NCBI RefSeq assembly: GCF_009914755.1 | Contig: NC_060927.1 | DNA length: 64,000 nt | From: the human T2T-CHM13v2.0 reference genome, Homo sapiens | Reading direction: 5' to 3' (one strand) | Part shown: piece by piece, positions 1 to 11,705 of the stretch | How the letters are laid out: each line of letters opens with the position of its first letter | How positions within the stretch are numbered: the stretch's first letter is position 1 | The notes under the pieces: generated by a model | Seen by the model: only the letters and a program-made list of their open reading frames with translations | Told to the model about the DNA's origin: nothing | Database searches by the model: none | Program-made: the position numbers and the translations under genes

Positions 1-589
1 ACACCTGTTTCATGTCAACTGTAAACTGAAAGTTTGTCAGAACAACAAAAACAGTTCACAGTTCCAAAAACATAGAGGGCTCTCAAAAATTGCTTGGTAT
101 ATTCTGAGGTCAGTAATGCCTATGCTGATCCACTCATTGGACTTCTTTTTCAACTAGCCTTTTATGATAATGACTATAAACAGAAACATAAATTGGGTTT
201 TGCCCATTCTGTTTCTACCTAGGGAAAATAAAATTATAACCTCAGCTTCCTTTTACTTATTTTGCTATCCTAAAAAAAACAGGCACAATCTGCTGGGCAA
301 CTAGATACACATGTCATGCATCACCTACCCCCAACTTTTGTTCATTAACTGAGGTTAAGTGGATCCTAAAATCTGAACATTAACTTCAGATTCCTGTAAT
401 GAGATTACTCTTAACAAAAGCTCTGGTTTCCTCAATTCCTTAGGTTCTGTTAGGGTAGCAGGGAATCCAAGTGAATTAGCAATGGAATTGCCTGAAAATA
501 TTAATAGATGTTTTGGACTTGACAGATCAGTCACCCTTTTATATTTGTATTAATGGGGAGGGAACAGGGGCATAGGGCATAATCAAAGC

Positions 590-654
590 CCTTTGAACTT
601 GGCTTTAAAATACAGAACAAGCAAATACCTTTGAACTTGGCTTTAAAATACAGA
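590..654 (+). repeat. Perfect 27 bp direct repeat (CCTTTGAACTTGGCTTTAAAATACAGA x2, 11 bp spacer)
   Basis: Copies at 590-616 and 628-654. Confidence 0.95.
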
Positions 655-888
655 GGACTACAATTTGTAATAGTTTTACATGAGTTTGCATCCTGAGAGC
701 AGGAGATGTAGGAGTGGCTCTGTATTTTGGGATGGGTTTGAATGCTCTATTTAGTTGTTCTGCCAAAAGTTTTCTCAGACTACCTTGGGAGATGTCATGT
801 TACCTGATTGCCTTGTGTTGTGCTTTAGAATGGTGCTAGTTTCTGAATTATCCATTTTATTTCTGTTTTTTTTTCTTATCTTCTATAG

Positions 889-971
889 ATGATCACAGTA
901 GGGTGAAGTTAAGACCTTTACCAGGAAAAGACTCTAAGCACAGCGACTACATTAATGCAAACTATGTTGAT
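889..971 (+). CDS. PTPRG: PTPRG coding exon (D1; probably exon 18 of 30): (Y)[27 protein letters not shown]
   Basis: Pyrimidine tract + tag acceptor (887-888) and gtaagt donor at 972; 83 nt; contains PTP motif DYINA. Confidence 0.96.
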
Positions 972-1163
972 GTAAGTCAGAACTGTTATTATAAACCTGT
1001 TTCTAGAAATTGAAGACTGCAGCAGAAACTGTTTAATATATTTTAATACTGTACAGAGCTTTCACTAAAAACAAAGCCCATTCAATATGGAAGGCATTTG
1101 AATTATTGACTGGTCTTCTGTGATAACTGCTTTCATCTCACTTTGTGCTGTGTCATTTTGAAG

Positions 1164-1298
1164 GGTTACAACAAAGCAAAAGCCTACATTGCCACCCAAG
1201 GACCTTTGAAGTCTACATTTGAAGATTTCTGGAGGATGATTTGGGAACAAAACACTGGAATCATTGTGATGATTACGAACCTTGTGGAAAAAGGAAGA
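1164..1298 (+). CDS. PTPRG: PTPRG coding exon (D1): [45 protein letters not shown]
   Basis: aag acceptor, gtaaga donor; 135 nt, phase 0-0; PTP motifs YIATQGP and DFWRMIW. Confidence 0.97.
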
Positions 1299-1880
1299 GT
1301 AAGAGCCTTTTGACTCACTATCTTAATAATGCACCTTCATTCAAAAGATACTTGTGGAGTACCTGCTTTAGGGTAGGAACTTGACAAGGTATAAAGAGTT
1401 ACGGAAATGAAAAGTGTTCTCTCTGCTTTATCTTGCTTATGATTCAGAAGGAAAGAGAGCTAAGGCATTATGAGAGTAAATGTGATGACAGAGATGAACA
1501 GGGTATCAGTGGAATGCTGCAAAATGAATCAATGTATCCTCTGTACATTCCTCTGTACAGAGATTTTTTAAAGGAGCAAATACTTGAGACTTGAACAATG
1601 ATTACGAGGAATTACACAGGCTAAAAAGAGAAGGAAAGGGTGTTCTAAGTACAGGGGACAGACAACAGTAAACAGGGAAATTGAAAGAAGCGTGGTGTAG
1701 ACAAGGAACTACTAATAGTTAAGATTGGGGGAAGCAAAAATTGCCTAAACAGTTTAACCATCATTAAGAGGACCTTTTAAAAAAATGATTAGTGCTGTAG
1801 AATTTATTGGATTATGAGTTTACATTAGATGATGCTAATTTAGGCTGGAATAAAAGCTACACTTCAAGGAATCACCACAC

Positions 1881-2007
1881 TGGGTTGATAGGTGCATCAA
1901 ACCACTATGGCACATGATTCCCTATGTAACAAACCTGCAAATCTTGCACATGTACCCCAAAACTAAAACTAAAAATTAAAAACAAACAAAAATAAAAATA
2001 AATAAAA
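1881..2007 (+). mobile_element. L1PA 3' end fragment with A-rich tail
   Basis: ataggtgca..aaccac..tggcacatg..cctatgtaacaaacctgca..cacatgtacccc matches the L1PA 3' terminus. Confidence 0.85.
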
Positions 2008-2513
2008 GAACCTACGCTTCAGGTTCCCTGCTCAAAATCACCACTGCTTCATGTTGTGGAGTCACTGTTTTACTTTTGATGATCCAAGTTACAATAAGAA
2101 GAGTCTCACAGTTAGAAGAGAACCTTCCATGAATCCAACCCGGCCTTCCAAATGATACTTAAGCTCCCTTTATAACAAACCTTACCCACATTTCTTACAG
2201 GTCAGACATAGAGGTTTCTTTCTTAGTCCCTTTTAAAAATGCATTATAATGCAAAAATAAAAATGCATTATATATTGAAAGGTGACCATAAATACTAGGC
2301 CCATTTCTCACATGGTCTCACACAAACTTATCCCAAGCCATCAGCCTTGTCAGAGGTCACACCTGCCTTTAAGCAGTTAAACTCACGTATTCCTTTTTCA
2401 GTCAACTAAATGGCAATCTCACCTGTGTTTTAACATTGTCGTTTGAAATTACATTATCAACAGAATTGTGGCATAGATTGCAGTTATACTTTACAACTTT
2501 TTTCTTTCTGCAG

Positions 2514-2648
2514 CGAAAATGTGATCAGTATTGGCCAACAGAGAACAGTGAGGAATATGGAAACATTATTGTCACGCTGAAGAGCACAAAAATACATGCC
2601 TGCTACACTGTTCGTCGTTTTTCAATCAGAAATACAAAAGTGAAAAAG
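2514..2648 (+). CDS. PTPRG: PTPRG coding exon (D1): [45 protein letters not shown]
   Basis: ttctttctgcag acceptor, gtatgg donor; 135 nt; KCxxYWP motif; lies within ORF 2436..2702. Confidence 0.97.
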
Positions 2649-2984
2649 GTATGGAAGGAATTGGGTAGGCTGCCAGGGCATCCCCTTTTTATACTTGTAT
2701 GAAAATTACTGTACAACCAAGGCCAAATCTCATAACCAACTTGGTTTTTAAAAAGTATTTTTAAAACATTTTTTCATAACTCTTTTGATTGACATCAGTG
2801 TATGGTGTGAAAGGTATTGGCAAAGCATCTAATAGAATTTAACTGGCCTGATTGAGCCTTTAATCTCTACATGAACAGGCTTCATTTTTTAAAAAATCAT
2901 CCTCTTAGGTTTTGGTAATACTCAGCAAATATGGCAGCATCTGTTTGATTTAGCTTTTTTATTCCAATTTTCTGACAGATATAA

Positions 2985-3213
2985 AGCATTGTTTCCCAAA
3001 GTATGTTCCAAGGAATACTTGTCCTGTAAGATTCTTGTAAACATCAGATTCTGCTGTTCAAGAATGGGAAATGAATGCTACATAATATATATCCCCCCAG
3101 CATTTTAGAAATTTACAGTGAACATAAGTGACCAGAGCACTGGTGTTAACAATAATACCCTTCTCTATAGAACTACTAATACCCTAGGAATCACATTTTT
3201 GTGGAAATACTGT
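2985..3213. mobile_element. Old hAT-Charlie-type DNA transposon remnant
   Basis: TIR-like ends cattgtttcccaaag ... tggaaatactg. Confidence 0.45.
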
Positions 3214-3285
3214 TTTCAGGTTATCTCAGTTTCTTTTTCAAAATCCACTGTCACAACAAATATCCTAGATCAATCATCACAGCAG

Positions 3286-3580
3286 TACACAGTCTCCCCT
3301 TAATTGTGGAAGGTATGTTTCAAGACCCCCGGTGGATGCTTGAAACCTCAGGTAGTACTGAAGCCTATTTATAACAATGTCTTTTCCTATACATACATAT
3401 CTATGATAAAATTTAATTTATCAATTAGGCACAGCAAGAGAGTAACAATACTGAAATAGAACAATAATATTCTATAATAAAAGTTATATGAATATATACT
3501 GTTTCTCTTAAAATACTGTAATATTTTTGGACTGTGGTTGACCTCGGGAATGTGAAACTGCAGATAAGGAGGAAATACTG
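3286..3580 (+). mobile_element. MER44A (Tigger7-derived MITE)
   Basis: caagacccccggtggatgcttgaaacc...ctatgataaaatttaattta...gataaggaggaaatactg followed by TA. Confidence 0.85.
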
Positions 3581-4861
3581 TATTAAGAACTGTAAATAGA
3601 CGCTCATTAAAAAATGTAGTTATTCCACAGAACTTAGGTATGGCAGTTGTTTGCAGCAATGGGATAATTTTTTTTTTTTCTTGGTGTCTTGGACATTTTG
3701 GAAAATGTGATAAAACTGTAGCCTCCTTGCCCCATTTATATTCACACTTACTCACATTTTTATGTAAAATTTCAGTGGCTCCAAAGCCCATCTGTGATCC
3801 CAGGTTAACTATCCTTTCTATGTATGTTTATTTCCCAAAATGGCAGAAATAACATGAATATCAGTAGCATAGCAATACATCTGTGTTCTCTACTATGAAA
3901 TAGAGCTGCTGGCTGGCTCAAGATGATCAATAACCAGCAAAAAACTTACAAAGCCCAACTGATGAGAATATTTCAGGTATTTAAACAGGGCCCACTTACT
4001 CTTGTTTTAGAAACAGCTTAAGTCAGAGGAAGAAGTCAAATAGGAACTTTAGGTGTTTTACATACTAATAGGAAAAAGTAGAAAAATGAGAGTTAACAGA
4101 AGAATTAAATTAAAGCCATCATGGGCCTTTGTACAATAGCACAGGACCAGACACACTTCAAGCTTCAGTGTTAATGACCCTGAGTCATCCAAAAAAAATT
4201 TAGAAATTAGGTATTGATAATAAGAAATCGTATCATAGCAAATAATCTATTTGGGGAATATTTCATCTAAAGTAGTTAAAATGTAAAAAGTTCAGACACT
4301 TAAAGGAAAACTACTCTGAAAAAGTCATTTATGAAAGTGACAGGTAAATGAGACATTGCCTCTGACTCTAAAGACAGAAGTATTTGACATTTAAAATCTT
4401 CCCATCACTTCCTGGATAGTTTACAGCAGCAACAAGCACTCTGGCTCCTAAAGGTCCAGCCTGGACAGTGGAGAAGGAATGGGAATCACAGCCCACAGAG
4501 ACATGAAAGCAAAGTACTAAGATCTGGACTTGGGGCAGAAAGTCAGGAAATGGAGGCCTTGCAGGAAAAGTACAAGTGCTTTGGATAGTTCCAAATCCAA
4601 AAAAAACTGATACTAAATGTTCATTCTTAGTACAATCTTAAACAGTCTTCTCTTCTAAGTGATAGTGACACTTCATATCCAGCTTGGTAATGTCTCCAAT
4701 TTAATGGCATGAAAGTTGGCTACAAGGGGGAATAACCTAGCCTGGGAACAGTGATTAGGGTGAATGTGATCAGTGGTCATGTGTCCTGACACCCTTACAT
4801 TATTTTTTTCCAGAATGTCCACCCCCCCGCTTAAAGACATCTTTTTTCACTTTTCTCACAG

Positions 4862-5034
4862 GGTCAGAAGGGAAATCCCAAGGGTCGTCAGAATGAAAGG
4901 GTAGTGATCCAGTATCACTATACACAGTGGCCTGACATGGGAGTTCCCGAGTATGCCCTTCCAGTACTGACTTTCGTGAGGAGATCCTCAGCAGCTCGGA
5001 TGCCAGAAACGGGCCCTGTGTTGGTGCACTGCAG
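4862..5034 (+). CDS. PTPRG: PTPRG coding exon (D1, WPD loop and start of P-loop): [57 protein letters not shown](S)
   Basis: ttttctcacag acceptor, AG|gtaggg donor; 173 nt; WPDxGVP and VHCS motifs. Confidence 0.97.
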
Positions 5035-5286
5035 GTAGGGTCTAGGATTCAACATGTGAAATAGATGGGGCAGGGGACTTAGGCCTCAGTGACCTTGGAC
5101 CACAATGATTGCTACTGCTTTCACTTAGAAGCTGAATCTTCCACTGGAAACTGGGATGGATAAGACCTATGATAGTCTTAAAGAGGCTCTATTCCTGTAA
5201 CATTAAGAAATCATCTGCTGCTTCTGTGATTTTTAAAAAACTAGATCAATCCCTAGTTTTTATAAAATCTTCTTATTAATAATATC

Positions 5287-5594
5287 AGCCAGGCATGGAG
5301 GCCAACTCCTGTAATCCCAGCACTTTGGGAGGCTGAGGTGGGTGGATCACTTGAGCCCAGGAGTTTGAGACCAGCCTGGGCAACAAAGTGACACCCCATT
5401 TCTACAAAAATTAAAAATAAAAAAATTAGCCAGCATGGTGGCACATGCCTGTGGTCCCAGCTACATGGGAGGCTGAGACAGAAGGATCCCTTGAACCCAG
5501 TAGGTCAAGGCTGCAGTGGGCTGTGTTCACATAACTGCACTCCAGCCTGGGTGATGATAGAGCAAGATCATGACTCAAAAAAAAAAAGAAAAAA
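5287..5594 (+). mobile_element. Alu (AluJ-like)
   Basis: Dimeric Alu with ggatcacttgagcccaggagtt and a poly-A tail. Confidence 0.93.
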
Positions 5595-6015
5595 TTACAA
5601 AATCCCCATTGTTTATAGGAAAATTGTAGCCTGATCCTAATAAATAAAAATATGACGTTAAACACAAGAACTTTCCACACTAGAATAGAGATTGTGTTTT
5701 TGTAAATGGCTTTTCTGAAAGGTTCTTCTAAATAACAATATTTATAGTATATATGAAAATATTTCATTTTTAAATTTTTAGTTTAAATGTTCCATATAAA
5801 ATACCTTTTCAAAAGCACTGGGAAATCCTTGTATAAAGCTTGTTTTTTGTCAGCCACAGTAAATGACTTTAGTTGGTTGTTTAAAAATGCTTTTATTCTG
5901 TTTCATTTGAAAATGCATTCTTGCCTCTTTTTTGTTTGTTTTAAACTTTGGTACTCAAATACATGTCGCTTGTTCTGTGATTTATGTTGCAATGCTAAGT
6001 GAATAACGTACGTCA

Positions 6016-6339
<324 letters not shown>

Positions 6340-6424
6340 TGGGGTTTAGATTGGAATTTTTCGAATCCAAAGTTAACAGTATGATAAAACAAAAGTGCCA
6401 GTTGAGTGTCTTCATTTCTTACAG

Positions 6425-6560
6425 TGCTGGTGTGGGCAGAACAGGCACCTATATTGTAATAGACAGCATGCTGCAACAGATAAAAGACAAAAGCACAGTT
6501 AACGTCCTGGGATTCCTGAAGCATATCAGGACACAGCGTAACTACCTCGTCCAGACTGAG
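6425..6560 (+). CDS. PTPRG: PTPRG coding exon (D1 P-loop and Q-loop): (S)[45 protein letters not shown]
   Basis: ttcttacag acceptor, GAG|gtaagg donor; 136 nt; completes [10 protein letters not shown]. Confidence 0.97.
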
Positions 6561-7176
6561 GTAAGGAGTAGCTGCCAGCGTCCTCACGACATTCTGGCAA
6601 ATGCTGTAACTGAAATTTGTTAAATGATAATGAAGAGACAGATTCATTCTTTTAGGGCTTGCAGTAATTTACAGGTTTGTATTAGAAGATATTCTGACAA
6701 TGATCCTATTCTACGGATCACAGTTTTCCATTTCTGTATGGATCTTAACATTTGGATTCCTAAATAACTACACAAGTACTTACGAAAGAGATACAGTTGT
6801 TTCAAGAGCTGTGTTAGATGGTAGGGGGAGTTAAACATGTTGTCTGGCCTGAGAAATACATAGGAGAGGATGGTTCTAAAACCCTTCATTGAACACGATT
6901 TTTTGTTTGCTTATTGAGTTGAAGCAATAAGCACAGTATAGAATACCGTGATCCAGGCACAGTATAGAATACAGAGCTAAACTTAACACAGTCTCTACCG
7001 TAAAATAAGTTAAGACTGATAAAGTGAGTATTGGAGCAAATCACCTAGCTGTAAGTGCTTGAAGGAAATCACTGGGAGGTCCCTGTTAGCAGCAGAATTA
7101 AACTAAGGTACACTTCATGAATGAGTGGCTAACCCTTAACACTCCCTCAGTGACTACCATGTATTGTACCTCTTAG

Positions 7177-7323
7177 GAGCAGTACATTTTCATCCATGAT
7201 GCCTTGTTGGAAGCCATTCTTGGAAAGGAGACTGAAGTATCTTCAAATCAGCTGCACAGCTATGTTAACAGCATCCTTATACCAGGAGTAGGAGGAAAGA
7301 CACGACTGGAAAAGCAATTCAAG
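7177..7323 (+). CDS. PTPRG: PTPRG coding exon (end of D1 and linker): [49 protein letters not shown]
   Basis: ctcttag acceptor, AAG|gtagtg donor; 147 nt; EQYxF motif. Confidence 0.96.
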
Positions 7324-9009
7324 GTAGTGCTTTGAAAAAGTTTCTTTGGCATAAAGCAAGAAAATGTTTTAAATGCCTTGAGTTTGGGGGTTATGTCTTC
7401 TTTGCATTAATGTATACACCGAAATGGATTACTATTTGTACTCCTTGTACTCCTTAAATGTGATGAAAAAGAAAATACGGTTTTGACCTATGTATGAATT
7501 GTTGGTATTCAAGTAGATATACAGTGTTGTATTTTCTTCTGAGCAATTTATGACTTTATCTGAATATAAACATCAGCCCCTGGCCATAATGACATAGTAC
7601 TTTAAAGTAACTCGTTTAGTCCAAAAAATGTCCTATTTTTTCTGAACTAATCTATCTTACCTTAATTATTAAGAATGATGACTTGTAGACATATTGTCCT
7701 AAAAATATGCCTATTTCAAAAACTATTTCAGAAGATAATTTAGGAATTTAAAAAGAATTACTAAACAATACTAGAGAAAAGTTAACTTTTCCTAAATGGT
7801 TGTTCTTTTTCTTTGATAGGGACATGAAGAAGCTTAAAAGCGGTTAAGGTTTATATGGAATTGACTGAAGTGAAGGTGAAAAAGAGAGATTATAAGGACT
7901 ATTAAAATAATTAGGGCTCAGTCATCTGATAATAAATCAAAATTGCTTCTAACTTTCAAACATCGCCTGTCTCTCCAGTTACCAAGTGCTTTCCTATTTA
8001 TCTTTGTCTTTTAAATTCTATTTTGCACATTGTTCTGTATGTAAATAGTTTCTCCCTTTGTATCAAGATTCAAAGAATGAGATGAATCTACAGTTTTAGT
8101 TTTCATGGTAAAACTTTCCATAGACTGAAACTTTCATTTGAATCTCAGCTGAAGAAATGAGACTGCCAAGCAAATTATACCAAGTGATATGAAATGAAAA
8201 ATAGTTTAATTTCACTGAGTTCAGTCATAAAATTAAAAATTTTTAGCTCCCCATTAACATTCTACTATAAAACCATGAGATAATTAATAATGAGGACACA
8301 GTGTATCATTTTAAATGTTTAACATGAGTTCTTACAAAATATTAAGTACCAACATTTCTTAAATTCTGCCTTTTTCGTTTCTTCAATTTTTTTTTATACA
8401 TACTTTAAAACTTCATTTAAGAAATGCGACCAGGTAGTTGGTTCTTTTACAGGCACTAACCATTTTAGAGCTCAAGATGAAGAAAAAAACAAGAATCAAA
8501 CTTGAAAATGAAAATTATATCCAGGGACCATGAGTTTTACTAAAGCATCTGGAGAAGAACACTGATCTCATATACTCCATTAGGATGGATGCCAGCCCCC
8601 AAAAAATAGGATTGACAAAATGGTTCAACCAAGCTACATAAACAGGAATAATAATCAAACTACTGGGCTGGTTACTTATAAAAGCCTTAGAACAATGTTA
8701 GTTCAGTTCAACAGAAATGTACTGAGAACTAGTTAAGTACTCCTTTATCTTCAAGAAACTTGATTAGCTCGTAATCAATAGCATTAAGCAATCTTTTTTA
8801 ATGTAGACTCACGTAGGTCTTTTATGCCAGTGAGGAATCACAGAAAAAAATTCACAGCAGCAGTGACATCACATAACAGAAGAATCCACATAGTTCTAGA
8901 AATATCTATTGCACACAGTACCTATTTCTACCTGATAGTAGAAATAAGAAAGATACAATCAAGGTCACTGAGAGAAGTACCACTAGGAAAGCACAAGAGT
9001 GTTCTCTGG

Positions 9010-9228
9010 GGCTGGGCATGGTAGATTACACCTGTAATCCCAGAGCAGCCTGGGAAACACAGGAAGACCCCAATTCTATAAACAATTTTAAAAATTAGCT
9101 GGTTGTGCTGATGCACCTGTGGTCCTAACTACTCAGGAGGCTGAGGTGGGAGGATCACAGTTAACTGAGCTACAATCATGCCACTGCACTCCAGCCTGGG
9201 CAAGAGAGCAAGACCCTGTGTCTTAAAA
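9010..9228 (+). mobile_element. Internally deleted old Alu (AluJ-like)
   Basis: Alu head, linker and tail present, with deletions in both arms. Confidence 0.85.
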
Positions 9229-9352
9229 GGTTCTTTGTGGCACAGAAATGGTCTTGTTTATCAGTAATCTGATTGGGATTTTTGCCAAAGCATCAAGCAA
9301 ATGCTATCAATTATATCTTTGAATGAAGACTAAAATGTTTTTTCTTTTTCAG

Positions 9353-9446
9353 CTGGTCACACAGTGTAATGCAAAATATGTGGAATGTTTCAGTGCTCAG
9401 AAAGAGTGTAACAAAGAAAAGAACAGAAACTCTTCAGTTGTGCCAT
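9353..9446 (+). CDS. PTPRG: PTPRG coding exon (start of D2): [31 protein letters not shown](S)
   Basis: tttctttttcag acceptor, gtaaga donor; 94 nt; NxxKNR motif. Confidence 0.95.
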
Positions 9447-9517
9447 GTAAGACTTTAAAACAGTTTGTTAGTGATCTTTTATACTGGATTGTATGTTAGG
9501 TACAGAGGCAGCCACTA

Positions 9518-9636
9518 CTCTGATGCTATTGATAGCACCCTTCAATTGTACTGTACGTGGCCGTATGGTAGAAGGTTTTGAAAATGTCCTTTTAGTAACC
9601 TCATTAATGTATGACTTTATACCAGCCTCTTACCTG
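9518..9636 (+). repeat. Copy 1 of a ~119 bp local intronic duplication
   Basis: Aligns to 11358-11472 with 9 substitutions and two 2-nt gaps. Confidence 0.95.
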
Positions 9637-10451
9637 GTACTACCAAAAGGGAAAATGTTATGCTTATTCAACTAAGGTAGTTTAATGAAACTGGGAGAGG
9701 TGGTTGTCAGTGTCAGCAAGTGCTCCATCTATCTGACGTAGAATACAGCTTCATTTCACCTTGGAATGCAAGAATTGGGTTACTTCTACCATATTATAAC
9801 ATAAAAAATAATAATAAAGCTGTTATTGCTGTGGCATTAACATTCCTCTAAAACTTAGAATCCTGGATTAATCTGTACAACTAGAACTACCTTATTCAGT
9901 TACTGTGGCTATTGAGATCAAGGCACTGTTGATTGGTGGTGACCTTTGTATAAATAGCTAAGGACATTGCAGAGGATGCTGTCTGTGTGCTGTAGGCATA
10001 GACATGGGTGATCATTTGGGAGATTTATCTCTAATGAAAAAGGCCACTCTTTTCTAAGACCATCATGAGCAGAAAGACATGGAGAAAGGGGTTGGTAAAA
10101 GGACAAAGTATATGTTGGTATAATTGTAGGAATAACAAACTAGAGTCAAAAGTTATCTAAAATCCTCTGTTGTGTCCATATAAAGTATTCTGTTATTGAT
10201 CTGCTGTAAAAATCTCTCCCACAGTAAAACTGTATTCCTACAATGCCTGTGTCCTTCTGGGTATGTGCAGCAAAATTTCATTTTACATTCTGCCTCAGCT
10301 GATAACACTTTAGCTTGTTTAAAAATATAGATAAGTCTTAGAAAGGGAAGCCAGGAGGATATGTTATTCATCAAGCAAATCTCAGAAAGAGCTGTTGGTT
10401 CTGTGTGTATAATAAGGCAAATGTGGTGTTTTTGTTTTTTCCATATGATAG

Positions 10452-10528
10452 CTGAGCGTGCTCGAGTGGGTCTTGCACCATTGCCTGGAATGAAAGGAAC
10501 AGATTACATTAATGCTTCTTATATCATG
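10452..10528 (+). CDS. PTPRG: PTPRG coding exon (D2): (S)[25 protein letters not shown]
   Basis: atag acceptor, ATG|gtgaga donor; 77 nt; DYINAS motif. Confidence 0.96.
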
Positions 10529-11030
10529 GTGAGAGTCAACAGTTAATTATAAATAAAGTCAACTAAACTGAAAGGTGTTAAAGAGCAGATACCACCTGTG
10601 TGACTGATGTCATTTTTGAAATAATTTCTCAATGTGTAATATGAAAAGTATAGAGATTTCTGTATCTTGAAACTTTTAACAAAAGATACCTAATCAGTGC
10701 TGGTACAAAAATGCTTAAATTAAGCAGAATGCTTCTTAAGGAATTAATTTTATTGTTAATTTCACACATCTAGTCTTTGAATAAATGTTGAAATTTCCCT
10801 TAAGTGAAAACAGCAGGGTTAACTAGAAGTGAACTGCACATGGAGAGAAAATTGTCTGCACAGTGCTAGCAGAAGTACATCTAAAAATTAGCCAAATGTA
10901 CCGAATGCCTTTCTCAATTATTTTAGTGTAGTCAAAACAGTGCTATCTTATTTCATGAATATATTTTACTACCACAAAGTTAGAATAAAACACTCATATT
11001 CACTGATTTTTTTTGTCTTCCCAACTGAAG

Positions 11031-11159
11031 GGCTATTATAGGAGCAATGAATTTATTATAACTCAGCATCCTCTGCCACATACTACGAAAGATTTCTGGC
11101 GAATGATTTGGGATCATAACGCACAGATCATTGTCATGCTGCCAGACAACCAGAGCTTG
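11031..11159 (+). CDS. PTPRG: PTPRG coding exon (D2): [43 protein letters not shown]
   Basis: ctgaag acceptor, TTG|gtaagt donor; 129 nt; TQHP and DFWRMIW motifs. Confidence 0.96.
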
Positions 11160-11357
11160 GTAAGTAAAGCACATCTGCTATATATTAATGAGCCCATGAG
11201 GCTACAAGCATAAATTACTTTGATACTTTGCCATAGGGCTATAGTATCCATATATGCTAGGGAGGGAATTTAAAATTTTTAAATTCTCATCTTGAAGTCT
11301 GTGGAGATTCCTTTCATAGTCTCACAATACTGTCCCTATCAGTTCCATTACTTGAGT

Positions 11358-11472
11358 CTCTGATGCTATTGATATCACCCTTCAATTGTACTGTCTGTGG
11401 CGGTGTGGTAGAAGGTTTTGAAAATGTTTTTAGTAACCTCATTAATATATGACTACACCAACCTCTTCCCTG
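11358..11472 (+). repeat. Copy 2 of a ~119 bp local intronic duplication
   Basis: Aligns to 9518-9636; offset 1840 bp. Confidence 0.95.
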
Positions 11473-11494
11473 CTGTATGTCACTTTTGAAAAGT

Positions 11495-11705
11495 AAATAA
11501 TTGTAGCTTACAGGTACTGAGTATGTAACTGTGTTTACATGCATTAACTTGTTTAATTCTCAACAATTTTAAGACATACATACTATTATTATCTCATGTA
11601 ATAGCTGAGAAAACTGAGAACAAACTTGCTCAAGAGAGCACACACAAGTAACTGGAGCCAGGATTTTAACCTGAGTCATCTGTCTCCAGAGACCATGCTT
11701 ATATA
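11495..11705 (-). mobile_element. MIR SINE
   Basis: tattattatctc...gagaaaactgag...aacttgctcaag...ggagccaggatttt is the reverse MIR core. Confidence 0.7.

Noticed and set aside
1065-1250. Minus-strand ORFs overlapping PTPRG exons (also 10980, 14929, 25867)
   Set aside because: Antisense shadows of real coding exons
3387-3791. 134 aa minus-strand ORF
   Set aside because: Runs through MER44A and AT-rich intron sequence with biased composition; chance ORF
9518-9636. snoRNA interpretation of the duplicated element
   Set aside because: No intact box C (RUGAUGA) / box D pair with a terminal stem, and no ACA tail shared by both copies; kept only as an unexplained duplication
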